The notes beneath the pieces are model-generated. The model did no database searches. It had not been told where the DNA came from and worked only from the letters and a program-made list of their open reading frames with translations. Shown piece after piece: positions 9,401-16,874 of a DNA stretch of 37,775 nt. Position numbers and translations under genes: made by a program. The stretch's first letter is position 1. Each line of letters starts with the position of its first letter. Source of the DNA: Pyrinomonadaceae bacterium (GTDB lineage Bacteria; Acidobacteriota; Blastocatellia; Pyrinomonadales; Pyrinomonadaceae); contig JAJAYR010000225.1 in NCBI GenBank assembly GCA_026786155.1, positions 1 to 37,775 of the forward strand, in the 5' to 3' direction.

Positions 9401-9482
9401 AACTCCAACTTGTGAGAATTTTTCCTTTCATTTCAGAAGGACAAACTTCGCCGAAAGTTTTCAAAAGCAAACTTCGTTCCAA
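6402..9482 (-). CDS. multi-pass sensor histidine kinase (PDZ-like / approx. 10 TM / GAF / PAS / HisKA / HATPase)
   Basis: 1026 aa. It has a PDZ-like segment AASRAGIAVGDKLLGI after TM1, then many hydrophobic helices. The H-box is HEVNTPLTG, the N box NLIINARDAM, G1 DTGSGI and G2 GTGLGL. The first codon is TTG 9482, and ATG 9431 (MKGKILTSW..) is an alternative start. Confidence 0.9.
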   Translation of the reverse strand: MERSLLLKTFGEVCPSEMKGKILTSWSLVWLLATVLFVVGGALNLSQRANHALPPTDGVNWAQRADGIYAEKVESSLAASRAGIAVGDKLLGISLDEKQFDEVSLASDVQQYLEAAGAGNSLTYFYQRPSYSFANNFYYADLRNIDTFPRWTASLIFLAIVGLIWLGVGIFVLFKQGSGSPFVLHFAMVCLAAFVFHVYKSIGIGKDLDLTISLLDDAAFAFFVPLFLHFCLRYPVRMNVFDEARWKTFALYVPAALITLGIFVLSLTFPIVDWFVPNSALVENLAVLTNRFNLFGVLYQANFYHFVVGVSGGASVLLWRFFKSRQQPLVRQRIKWAMWGTIAAIVPVILFQIVRRFVPSLSEDYLSSALTTLPLALIPLSFGHSVVRYRLMDVDVVVRRALVYAMTTLAIAMMIGAVALGLVFLAVGNNLSTTEITLRALIAVIAMAGIVLLSEPLKKFLQERADRFFYGERYDLRQGLLDFGRTLSATTALEPLLNALTERLKQVLDVEKVAVFIEDADLPEHYKIAKSVGVSENYRMPNDFRQMIRQKSAEKGIVRADELELSEEDLIDETPSERTTLKEKIEKFGRNSKNIHRQELHYFVPCVVRGKMVAVLGLGRASDGSLLSSEDLEILQTISGFVAVAVENSLLYQEQETRAAELVLLKEFNESIVESVNVGLLAVDENGRVTSCNSTFETMLGLSREQAIGKIIEEIFDDGFALNLENILGKSRWHLTEIRNAYKLLTTDSQGKILILNVAVAPLRSSASNNQTGAIVVLEDVTSRIKLEESLQQNEKLSSIGLLAAGVAHEVNTPLTGVSSYTQMLLGMIPETDPKHALLRKVQKQTDRASNIVGNLLNFSRTGNATEFVEINVNKLLDDTLQLLEPQLRKSNVEIVKNYADISPKIFGNAGKLQQVFTNLIINARDAMFGGGQITLTTDFENEDEIVVEVSDTGSGIEAENIGKIYDPFFTTKGVGSGTGLGLAVSYGIVQEHAGVITATSEVGAGTTFRLVFPVAQKQQLLRAVS

Positions 9483-9620
9483 GTGTTTTTCTAATGTTTC
9501 TTAGCGAAAACTACGCAAAACAAAGGCTTTTGTTTCGATAAACAACTAATCGAACAAAATTTTCATTCAGTTTTTCGCTTCATATCCGATATTTCGGAAA
9601 AGAATTCGCGCCGGACAAAT

Positions 9621-9659
9621 AAAAAAGCACGAAAGTATTTGCTCTTTCGTGCTTTTTTT
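9621..9659 (-). terminator. intrinsic terminator downstream of the OM barrel gene
   Basis: The stem is AAAAAAGCACGAAAG / CTTTCGTGCTTTTTTT with an 8-nt loop. A U-tract follows on the minus-strand transcript. It starts 22 nt after stop 9681-9683. Confidence 0.7.
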
Positions 9660-9680
9660 CTTATTTGTTAGAAAGCAGAA

Positions 9681-11456
9681 TTAAAACCTGACTAAAATGC
9701 CGCCGCGCAAAATGCGTTTTTGCGAATTGAGCCGCAAACTTCCCTCTTCGCCGTTCACGCCCGTTTGGTAATCGAAAAGGTTTCGCGCGTCAAGAATCGC
9801 CTGAGCGCGAATCGGCAAACCCAGGTTTGGCAAACTTTGCGTAACCATCACGCTTAAACTCGGGTCGTAAATCGCCAAACGTCCTTGAAACGGGTCAATC
9901 GCAAAAACCGTCGCGTTTGGCGACAGCCGAAAAATCGTTTTCACCTGCGTTCCCGTTTTGAAGTCGGCATCGAATTGCCCGTAGAAAGTCTGGAAAAAAT
10001 CTGTTTCAAAAATATCTGCCGGATTGGAAATCGCTTCGGAAGCAAGTTTCTGCCCGCTGCCGAAAGCGTAACCGGCGGACGTGCTGAAACGACTCGTCAG
10101 GCGGCGCGTATAAACGATTCTCGCGCCGTTTGCATTGCCCTGCTGGTTGACGACGAACTCGGCGAGATTTTCGCCGTTGAGCGAATTGAACGGCAGGTTC
10201 GTCAAACCGACTCCGCGACTGCTCACCGCGTCGAAAAATATATTGGCTTCGACGCTCGATTTATTGTCCAAAATGCGCTCGATACCGAATTCCAGACGGG
10301 TATTTTTCGCCATTCGCGGCTGTTGGTTTTCGACGACGAACTCCTGCATCGAAACGGGTTCGCGGAAAAGAATCTGTTCGCCTTCGAGTTCGGCGACCGA
10401 AGCCCAGGTGCGGTCTTCCGTCGCGCTCGTGTAAGCCGTGCGGAAACGGGTTTTGGAATCAACGTCAAACTGCAAACCGAAGCGCGGGCTAACGGAAAAA
10501 TCATTTCCCGCGCCGATAAATTTTGAATAATCCAATCCGAAAACCAAAATCACGCCGTTCTTCACTTTCCACTCGTCCAAAGCCTGAAAAGAAAATTGTC
10601 CGAGCGATTCTTCGGTGTTATTAATTTCAACTTTTCCGAGTTTGGCGATTGAACCGCTGACGTGAATTTGATGGTTTTCGTTCGGGCGAAATTTTAATTT
10701 CGTTTCAAATCTCTGCGGCGCGGTTTGCCCCGTTCCGCTCTGACCGACGAAAACGATTTCCGTATTTTCGTTTAGCGGCTGTAAGGTGGCGAAGTTTACG
10801 CCCGCAAAATTTCCTTCATCAGAACCGGCAAAATAAGTTTCGACGACCGTTTGATTCGGTCTTTTTATTTCGTCTTCGTCTTTAATTTCAGCCGAATTTT
10901 CCGTTTGAGCAGTCGTGTTTTCGTCAATCGGCGAATCGCCTTCGGTGTTTTGATAAACCGAACGACGCATCTGCGCGGCGCGAATCGTCCATTTTGAACT
11001 GTTGCGGTCAACCCGTTTTTCCGGCAGAGTGTTGCCGCTTCCGGCTTTTTCCAATTTGAACCCGTAGACCAGTTCCGCCGAACGATTGACCTCAACCGTC
11101 GTCAGCGTTACGGGATTAAAACCTTCCGCGACCGCCAGAACCGTATAAGTTCCGGGCAGAATTTTCGCCAAAAAACTGCCGTCCGAAGCCGAGCGAACTT
11201 GCTTTAATAACTGAGAAGTTCCGACGCGAAAAATCGAAACATAGGCATTGGCAATCGTGCCGCCCGTTTCATCGCGCACGAAACCTTTTATTACGCCGAG
11301 ATTACTGCTGTTTTCGACGATCAGACTCGCGCCGGGCGTTTCGGACACGCCGCCGAAAGCCGCCGAAAAAGCGGTCAAAGCGACAAAGATAAATTTGGTA
11401 AATTTTCTAATTGACAAAACGGAAGCAATCATTCCAGCCGACTCCTTATCAAACAA
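9681..11456 (-). CDS. outer-membrane beta-barrel protein with N-terminal carboxypeptidase-regulatory-like domain
   Basis: 591 aa from TTG 11456. The likely real start is ATG 11432, giving the signal peptide MIASVLSIRKFTKFIFVALTAFSAAFG. It has a CarboxypepD_reg-like segment GVIKGFVRDETGGTIANAYVSI..PGTYTVLAVAEGF and a beta-rich body ending ..GGILVRF (C-terminal Phe). Confidence 0.8.
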   Translation of the reverse strand: MFDKESAGMIASVLSIRKFTKFIFVALTAFSAAFGGVSETPGASLIVENSSNLGVIKGFVRDETGGTIANAYVSIFRVGTSQLLKQVRSASDGSFLAKILPGTYTVLAVAEGFNPVTLTTVEVNRSAELVYGFKLEKAGSGNTLPEKRVDRNSSKWTIRAAQMRRSVYQNTEGDSPIDENTTAQTENSAEIKDEDEIKRPNQTVVETYFAGSDEGNFAGVNFATLQPLNENTEIVFVGQSGTGQTAPQRFETKLKFRPNENHQIHVSGSIAKLGKVEINNTEESLGQFSFQALDEWKVKNGVILVFGLDYSKFIGAGNDFSVSPRFGLQFDVDSKTRFRTAYTSATEDRTWASVAELEGEQILFREPVSMQEFVVENQQPRMAKNTRLEFGIERILDNKSSVEANIFFDAVSSRGVGLTNLPFNSLNGENLAEFVVNQQGNANGARIVYTRRLTSRFSTSAGYAFGSGQKLASEAISNPADIFETDFFQTFYGQFDADFKTGTQVKTIFRLSPNATVFAIDPFQGRLAIYDPSLSVMVTQSLPNLGLPIRAQAILDARNLFDYQTGVNGEEGSLRLNSQKRILRGGILVRF

Positions 11457-11595
11457 GTTTTCGGGAGAACCTATTTTGGGAGTGCAAAAAACTTTTAACT
11501 AAGCAAAGACTTTGGCACTTTCGTATTTTCTGTCTTAAAATTAAATGTGTCAAGCCCCGACACTTTTGGGTTTGCTTTTATAGATGCGACCGAAC

Positions 11596-11623
11596 TTGAC
11601 AAAGTTTGCTCAACGGCTAGAAT
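11596..11623 (+). promoter_or_regulatory. putative promoter of tRNA-Ser
   Basis: TTGACA (11596-11601), a 16-nt spacer, then TAGAAT (11618-11623), 29 nt upstream of the tRNA 5' end. Confidence 0.4.
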
Positions 11624-11652
11624 AAAAAATGCTTTTCTGCGAAAAAGCGGAC

Positions 11653-11743
11653 GGAGATGTGGCTGAGTGGCTGAAAGCGGCAGTTTGCTAAATTGTTGAA
11701 GTTCAAAAGACTTCCACAGGTTCGAATCCTGTCATCTCCGCCA
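11653..11743 (+). tRNA. tRNA-Ser (anticodon GCU), CCA encoded
   Basis: The acceptor stem is GGAGATG/CATCTCC and the D stem is GCT/AGC. The anticodon stem GCAGT/ATTGT carries the loop TTGCTAA. There is a long variable arm GAAGT..ACTTC and a T arm ACAGG-TTCGAAT-CCTGT, followed by discriminator G and CCA. Confidence 0.93.
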
Positions 11744-11755
11744 TCGAATTTTAAG

Positions 11756-11788
11756 GCTATTTCAGTTTATCGGCTGAAATAGCTTTTT
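11756..11788 (+). terminator. intrinsic terminator after tRNA-Ser
   Basis: GCTATTTCAG (11756-11765), loop TTTATCGG, then CTGAAATAGC (11774-11783) followed by TTTTT. Confidence 0.6.
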
Positions 11789-11842
11789 AAATTTCCGGCT
11801 TTTAATAATAAACTCGTTTGATGAATTGAGATTTTATAAACC

Positions 11843-12484
11843 TTGGAGTTTCGGCAGATGTTTATCGAAATCGGTTTGGCGATGTTTGAAGGTTCGGCGT
11901 GGTCGAATATGTTCGTGCTGGACGCAGAAAAAGTTTTGTGGGCGGAAAAAATTATTCGCCCGATTCTCGTTTATTTTACGCTGATTTTGCTTTTGCGCGT
12001 TTTCGGCAACCGCGAAATGGCGCAGCTTAATCCGGTTGATTTCGTGCTGCTGCTGCTGATTTCCGAAACCGTGCAAAACGCGATTATCGGCGACGACACA
12101 TCGCTCTCCGGCGGCATAGTCGGCGTAACCGTGCTGCTCGGCGTAAGTTTTTTGACTTCGTATGTCAAATTTCGCAGCAAACGGATCGAAACATTGCTCG
12201 AAGGCGAACCGCGCACTTTGATTGAAAACGGAGAAATAAAAAAGGACGCGATAAAACGCGAAATGCTGACCGAAGAAGATTTGGATGTCGTCGCCCGCGA
12301 AGAAGGTTTGGACAGCGCGAAGGAAATTGAAAAACTCGTTCTCAACCCGAACGGCACGTTTCTGGTGGACGGCAGAGACGAGATAAAAGACCGCGAATTT
12401 AAAAGGGAAATTTTGGAAAAAATTAATAAACTGACCGAACAATTAAACGATTTACAAAAGACGCTAAAAAACCATAAATTATGA
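11843..12484 (+). CDS. DUF421 (YetF-like) membrane protein
   Basis: 213 aa from TTG 11843 (alternative ATG 11858). It has TM helices plus ..REMAQLNPVDFVLLLLISETVQNAI... Its stop overlaps the gltX start (ATGA at 12481-12484). Confidence 0.8.
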   Translation: MEFRQMFIEIGLAMFEGSAWSNMFVLDAEKVLWAEKIIRPILVYFTLILLLRVFGNREMAQLNPVDFVLLLLISETVQNAIIGDDTSLSGGIVGVTVLLGVSFLTSYVKFRSKRIETLLEGEPRTLIENGEIKKDAIKREMLTEEDLDVVAREEGLDSAKEIEKLVLNPNGTFLVDGRDEIKDREFKREILEKINKLTEQLNDLQKTLKNHKL

Positions 12485-13965
12485 CTACGAGAGTTCGCTT
12501 TGCGCCCAGCCCGACGGGTTATCTGCATATCGGTTCAGCCCGAACCGCACTTTTTAATTATCTTTTCGCCAAACACACCGGCGGGAAGTTTCTGCTGCGA
12601 ATCGAAGACACCGACCTCGCGCGTTCGACGAGTGAATCAACTCGCTCGATTCTCGAAGGTTTGGAATGGCTCGGTTTCGCGCCCGACGAAACAATCGTTT
12701 ATCAATCGAACAACGCCGACCAACACCGCGCCGCTGCGCTGAAATTATTGGCGGAAAGCAAAGCGTATCTAGATTTTACGCCTAAAGAAGACCGCACTGG
12801 CGGCGATGTCAAAACCTCGATTCAGGAAAAAGCGCGTGCAAATAAAAATCAGCGCGACAACGAATTTCGGGATTTGTCCAAAGAAGAAAGCGACCAAAAA
12901 GCCGCCGCGGGCGAACCGTTTGCGATTCGTTTGAAAGTTGCTGAAACCGGCAAAACGACTTTTGAAGACGCGGTTTATGGATTGCAGGAACGCGATTACA
13001 CGGAAATCGAAGACCTTGTTTTACTCCGTTCCGACGGTCATCCGCTGTATAATCTGGCGGTCGTTTGCGACGACATCGAGATGCAGATTACGCACGTCAT
13101 TCGCGGGCAAGACCATCTGACGAACGCGCATAAACAAGTTTTGATTTACGAAGCGTTAGGCGCGAACAAGCCGATTTTCGCGCATTTGCCGCTGATTCTC
13201 GCGCCGAACAAAGGCAAACTATCAAAGCGCAAACACGGCGCAGTCGTTTCGATGACGACTTACCGCGATGCCGGTTTTCTCGCCGCCGCGTTCCGCAATT
13301 TTCTCGTTCTGCTGGGCTGGTCGGCGGGCGAAGAGAAAGAAATTTATACGTTTGACGAACTCATCGAAAAATTCTCGCTCGACCACATTCACAAAAACAA
13401 CGCCGTTTTTAACTTCGACGCGAACGATGCGAAACATTGGACGGATGACAAAGCGATTTGGATGAACGCCGAATACGTCCGCACAATGCCGATTGCGGAG
13501 CTAATTCCGTTCGTCAAAGCCGAATTAAAATCCGCCAAACTCTGGCGCGACGAATACGAAGACGATGATAAAACGTGGTTTGAAAACACGGTTGATTTGA
13601 TTCGTCAACGCTTTTTCACATTGAAAGATTTTTCCGGTCAGGGACGAGCATATTTCTCGGAAGATTTCGATTTCGACCAAGCCGCGATTGATAAAAATCT
13701 AAAGAAATTTCCCGATTTAAAGATTTGGCTGACCGAACTCGCCAACCGATTTGAAGCGGTTGAAGATTTTACGCACGACGAAATTGAACGAATCGTCAAA
13801 GAAATTACCGAAGAAAAGCAAACGAAAATGGGCGTGATTATGAACGGCGCGAGAGCATTACTAACAGGTTTAGCCGTCGGACCTTCGATGCTCACGGTTT
13901 TTGAAACGCTCGGCAAGGAAAAAACGGGTCGCCGTTTGAAAAGCCAAATTGCCTGGAATTTATAA
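12481..13965 (+). CDS. gltX: glutamate--tRNA ligase
   Basis: 494 aa. It has the class-I HIGH motif (PTGYLHIGSART) and the KMSKS motif (KLSKRK), and is GluRS-like throughout. Confidence 0.95.
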   Translation: MTTRVRFAPSPTGYLHIGSARTALFNYLFAKHTGGKFLLRIEDTDLARSTSESTRSILEGLEWLGFAPDETIVYQSNNADQHRAAALKLLAESKAYLDFTPKEDRTGGDVKTSIQEKARANKNQRDNEFRDLSKEESDQKAAAGEPFAIRLKVAETGKTTFEDAVYGLQERDYTEIEDLVLLRSDGHPLYNLAVVCDDIEMQITHVIRGQDHLTNAHKQVLIYEALGANKPIFAHLPLILAPNKGKLSKRKHGAVVSMTTYRDAGFLAAAFRNFLVLLGWSAGEEKEIYTFDELIEKFSLDHIHKNNAVFNFDANDAKHWTDDKAIWMNAEYVRTMPIAELIPFVKAELKSAKLWRDEYEDDDKTWFENTVDLIRQRFFTLKDFSGQGRAYFSEDFDFDQAAIDKNLKKFPDLKIWLTELANRFEAVEDFTHDEIERIVKEITEEKQTKMGVIMNGARALLTGLAVGPSMLTVFETLGKEKTGRRLKSQIAWNL

Positions 13966-14442
13966 ATGAACTTTCAAATCAAAATCACCGAAGAAAAAGA
14001 CATCGCGCTAATCGTAAATTTGATTCGAGAGTTTGCGGCGTTTGAAAAACTTTCGGACTTTTGCGAAGTAACGGAAGATGCTCTGCGCGACGCGATGTTC
14101 GGCGAAAGTTCCTGCGTCGGAGGTTTAATGGCTTTCGCCAATGAAAATCCAATCGGTTACGCTCTATTTTATGAAAACTTCGCCAGTTTTCGCGGACAGC
14201 GCGGGTTTTATCTGGAAGATTTATACGTCAAACCGGAATTTCGCGGACGGAAAATCGGCGAAGCGTTTCTCAAAAAACTCGCCGAAATTGCCAAAACGAG
14301 AAATTTTCAACGAATTGATTTTCTCGTGCTTGATTGGAACGAACCGGCGATTAGATTTTACGAGAAACTCGGCGCGAAACCGGACGAATCGGAGAGACAT
14401 TTCCGCTTCGTCGGCGGAGCGTTTGAAAACTTGAGCGAATGA
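13966..14442 (+). CDS. GNAT family N-acetyltransferase (diamine/SSAT-like)
   Basis: 158 aa. The acetyl-CoA motif is ..YVKPEFRGRKIGEAFLKKL... It starts at the nucleotide after the gltX stop. Confidence 0.85.
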   Translation: MNFQIKITEEKDIALIVNLIREFAAFEKLSDFCEVTEDALRDAMFGESSCVGGLMAFANENPIGYALFYENFASFRGQRGFYLEDLYVKPEFRGRKIGEAFLKKLAEIAKTRNFQRIDFLVLDWNEPAIRFYEKLGAKPDESERHFRFVGGAFENLSE

Positions 14443-14455
14443 TTTCAAATTCCAA

Positions 14456-14528
14456 ATTTCAAATTCCAAATTCCAAATTTCAAACAGTTGCTTGTCCGAA
14501 AAACAATCTGGAATTTGGAATTTGAAAT
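14456..14528. terminator. hairpin built from inverted heptamer arrays (TTCCAAA/TTTCAAA), probable bidirectional terminator
   Basis: The array atttcaa attccaa atttcaa attccaa attccaa atttcaa spans 14442-14484. A 20-nt perfect stem pairs 14456-14475 with 14509-14528. It lies between convergent stops at 14442 and 14535. Confidence 0.5.
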
Positions 14529-14534
14529 CTGGAA

Positions 14535-14996
14535 TTATCTAACCTGCGCGGTCAAAGTGATTTCTTTGGTTTTCGGTGGATAGCAAACTTCATCGGTGCA
14601 AGCCTGATAGCGCACGACGGCGCGGACTTTGACGACATTGCCTTTGAAATTGGCGGGAACGGTCAGGTTGAAACTAAATGCGCTGCGACCTTCATAAACA
14701 TTGAGCGTGTCTTCGGAAAAGCCGAATTTGCGATTTTTGCCGCGCGGGTAACTCACACTGCCGACTTTCGCGCCGACCGCGCTGACTTTAACCGATGTCG
14801 GAATCGCATATTGGCTGTTCGGACGGCTTGAATTAACGTGCAGACCGCTCGGAATGCTCATCACAATCGTTCCTCTGATTGAACCGCCGCGCTTGACCGC
14901 GCCGATTGAGCCGCTGATGTCCTGCGCGTTCGTTTGATAAATTCCGCCCGCTAAAAAAATTAAAGCTGTAAAAATGCTGAATAAAGTTTTTTTCAT
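14535..14996 (-). CDS. secreted DsbD N-terminal (DsbD-alpha)-like domain protein
   Basis: The internal ATG 14996 gives 153 aa with the Sec signal MKKTLFSIFTALIFLAGGIYQTNAQ. The C-terminal ..VRYQACTDEVCYPPK.. resembles the Cys-pair motif of DsbD-alpha/PF11412-type domains. I judged the 57 upstream codons of the six-frame ORF non-coding. Confidence 0.7.
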   Translation of the reverse strand: MKKTLFSIFTALIFLAGGIYQTNAQDISGSIGAVKRGGSIRGTIVMSIPSGLHVNSSRPNSQYAIPTSVKVSAVGAKVGSVSYPRGKNRKFGFSEDTLNVYEGRSAFSFNLTVPANFKGNVVKVRAVVRYQACTDEVCYPPKTKEITLTAQVR

Positions 14997-15046
14997 AAAT
15001 TTCCTCTGCCGTTGAAATGATGTCATTTTGATTTTTCGAGATGCTT

Positions 15047-15571
15047 TTATTTGACGGTAAAACTCGCCGTCATCTCGTTTATTTTGTCCGCGAAATCTTC
15101 CGCATAGTTTTCGATGACCGCCGCCCTCAACTCGTAAATCTTTCTCCGGCTTTCGACTATTTTCCAAAAGGTCAAAATTTTCACCGTATCTTCAAGAGTT
15201 TCGCCTTCGAGCGTAAAGATTTTTTGTCCGGCGGGCGCGTCTTTAACGAAATTTTTCGACTTAATTTTGCCCGCCGATTTTTTGGCGTTTTCGCAAATTA
15301 TCTTGAAATCGGAATTTGAAATCACCCGCAGAGCCGCCCGCGCCTGCCGAAATTTGCTCGCCTCGTTTTTTCCCCAATCCTTCGAGTTGGCGACAAACGC
15401 CAAACCCGAATCGTCGTTCAGCGGATAAATAAATCCTTCGGGTTTGAAAAGTTTAAACTCTTCCGTTTCAACCGTTTCCGAGTCATACGCCGCCGCCGCG
15501 CTCTTCTTGATTTTCGTCGAAACGAAAACCATCAGCGCGACGACGGCTAATCCGATAATAAAAATTTCCAT
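15047..15571 (-). CDS. hypothetical membrane-anchored protein
   Basis: ATG 15571 gives 174 aa with an N-terminal TM anchor MEIFIIGLAVVALMVFVS and a soluble domain of about 150 aa. I recognised no motif. The longer six-frame ORF runs through the REP-like element and was rejected. Confidence 0.55.
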   Translation of the reverse strand: MEIFIIGLAVVALMVFVSTKIKKSAAAAYDSETVETEEFKLFKPEGFIYPLNDDSGLAFVANSKDWGKNEASKFRQARAALRVISNSDFKIICENAKKSAGKIKSKNFVKDAPAGQKIFTLEGETLEDTVKILTFWKIVESRRKIYELRAAVIENYAEDFADKINEMTASFTVK

Positions 15572-15584
15572 AATCTTCTGTTCA

Positions 15585-15655
15585 GAGTCCAAACGCGGAA
15601 TGCCCTTTGCCAACCGCCGCGCCGCGCGGCGGAAGACACGCTCAAGCGTGGACTC
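15585..15655. repeat. REP-like structured intergenic element, copy 2 (71 nt)
   Basis: It abuts the rlmN stop codon. The outer stem is GAGTCCA/TGGACTC and the central stem is CCGCCGC/GCGGCGG. The conserved blocks are identical to those of copy 1. Confidence 0.6.
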
Positions 15656-16758
15656 TAAACTTTTTGAATCAAATTCGGCGAATCTTTCGCGGCAAGCTGA
15701 CCGCAAGCGGCGTAAATATCGCGCCCGCGCGGGCGGCGAACGTAAGCCGAAACATTTTTCGATTCTAAAATCTTTTTGAACCTTTCAACCTGCTCGAATT
15801 CCGGCGGATGATATTCGAGCGGCTCGGCGGAATTATGCGGAATCAGATTGATTTTCACCTTTTGCAAATCGTATTTACTCAGCAACTCCGCCAGAGCGCG
15901 GGCGTGTTTGTCCGAATCGTTCACGCCGCCGAGCAGAACGTATTCAAACGTGAACCGTTCGCCGCGCCGCAGCGTTTTCTGCACTTCCTTTGCCGCCCGC
16001 AAAAGTTCTTCGATATTCCAACGCTTGTTTATCGGCATCAATTTATCGCGCAATTCGTCCGTTGGCGCAGACAATGAAATCGCCAGATTCGGACGTTTTT
16101 CGAGTTTGGCAAATTCGTAAATCTTCGGCACGATTCCGGCGGTCGAAACCGTAACGCGGTTCGCTACAATAAATAATCCGTTTTCGTCCGCCATTATTCC
16201 CAGAGCCTTGATTAAATTTTCAAAATTCAAAAACGGCTCGCCCGCGCCCATCGCCACCAAATTCGTGCCGTGCGGCGTTTCTTCTCCAACGCCATAAACG
16301 TCGTTGAGAACGATAATTATTTGCTCGACGATTTCTCCGGCGGTCAAATTTCTAAGCAGTCCGAGTTTCGCCGTCAAACAGAAATCACATTTGAGCGGAC
16401 AGCCCGACTGCGACGAAAAACAAATCGTATCGCGGTTTTCGGTCGGAATAAAAACCGTCTCGACGGGAAAGTTATCGTGAGTTTTCATCAAGAAGCGGCG
16501 CGTTCCGTCGGTCGAAACGTAGTGCGATTCGACTCGTAAAACCGAAGCCGTCGCAGTTTCATTCAGTTTTTCACGAAGGGCTTTCGGCAAATCGGTCATT
16601 TCGTCAAAATTCTGCAAACGGCGTTCGTGCAAGCCTTTGAAAATCTGCTTGGCGCGATATTTCGGCTCACCGATTTCTAAAGTAAATTCGGCAAGCTCTT
16701 CGTTTGAAAATCCGGTCAGATGATTTTTTTCTTCGGTCATTTCGCGCATCGTCGTCAT
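15655..16758 (-). CDS. rlmN: 23S rRNA (adenine2503-C2)/tRNA methyltransferase, radical SAM
   Basis: 367 aa. It has the radical-SAM cluster motif CPLKCDFC and the C-terminal ..IYAACGQLA.. typical of RlmN. Confidence 0.93.
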   Translation of the reverse strand: MTTMREMTEEKNHLTGFSNEELAEFTLEIGEPKYRAKQIFKGLHERRLQNFDEMTDLPKALREKLNETATASVLRVESHYVSTDGTRRFLMKTHDNFPVETVFIPTENRDTICFSSQSGCPLKCDFCLTAKLGLLRNLTAGEIVEQIIIVLNDVYGVGEETPHGTNLVAMGAGEPFLNFENLIKALGIMADENGLFIVANRVTVSTAGIVPKIYEFAKLEKRPNLAISLSAPTDELRDKLMPINKRWNIEELLRAAKEVQKTLRRGERFTFEYVLLGGVNDSDKHARALAELLSKYDLQKVKINLIPHNSAEPLEYHPPEFEQVERFKKILESKNVSAYVRRPRGRDIYAACGQLAAKDSPNLIQKV

Positions 16759-16874
16759 TTATTTTAGCTTATTTTCAACGAAAACACATTTGATGCGTTT
16801 CACCCGAAACACAACGCAAAATTTCCGACGCGCATCAAACCCGCCAAACCGACTGATTATTTTCAATAAATTTT

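Noticed and set aside
11547-11579. GTGTC-N7-GACAC hairpin followed by a T-rich tract on the plus strand upstream of the tRNA, as a possible terminator or small RNA end.
   Set aside because: It has only a 5-bp stem and there is no upstream plus-strand gene to terminate. It more likely lies in the 5' leader or promoter region of the minus-strand OM barrel gene.
11653-11743. tRNA-Ser as an integration hotspot (genomic island, integrase or attachment repeats nearby).
   Set aside because: Both flanks are ordinary genes (an OM barrel and the DUF421-gltX operon). I found no integrase and no direct repeat of the tRNA 3' end in the window.
14997-15167. N-terminal extensions of the six-frame ORFs 14535-15167 and 15047-15706.
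   Set aside because: The extensions are highly basic and lack structure, they overlap the neighbouring gene, and the second runs through the REP-like element. Internal ATGs at 14996 and 15571 give clean signal-peptide and TM-anchor N-termini.
16789-16839. 9-bp inverted repeat TTTGATGCG / CGCATCAAA in the rlmN / VWA divergent region.
   Set aside because: It has a short stem with a 33-nt loop and no second copy or known motif. It is not distinguishable from chance.
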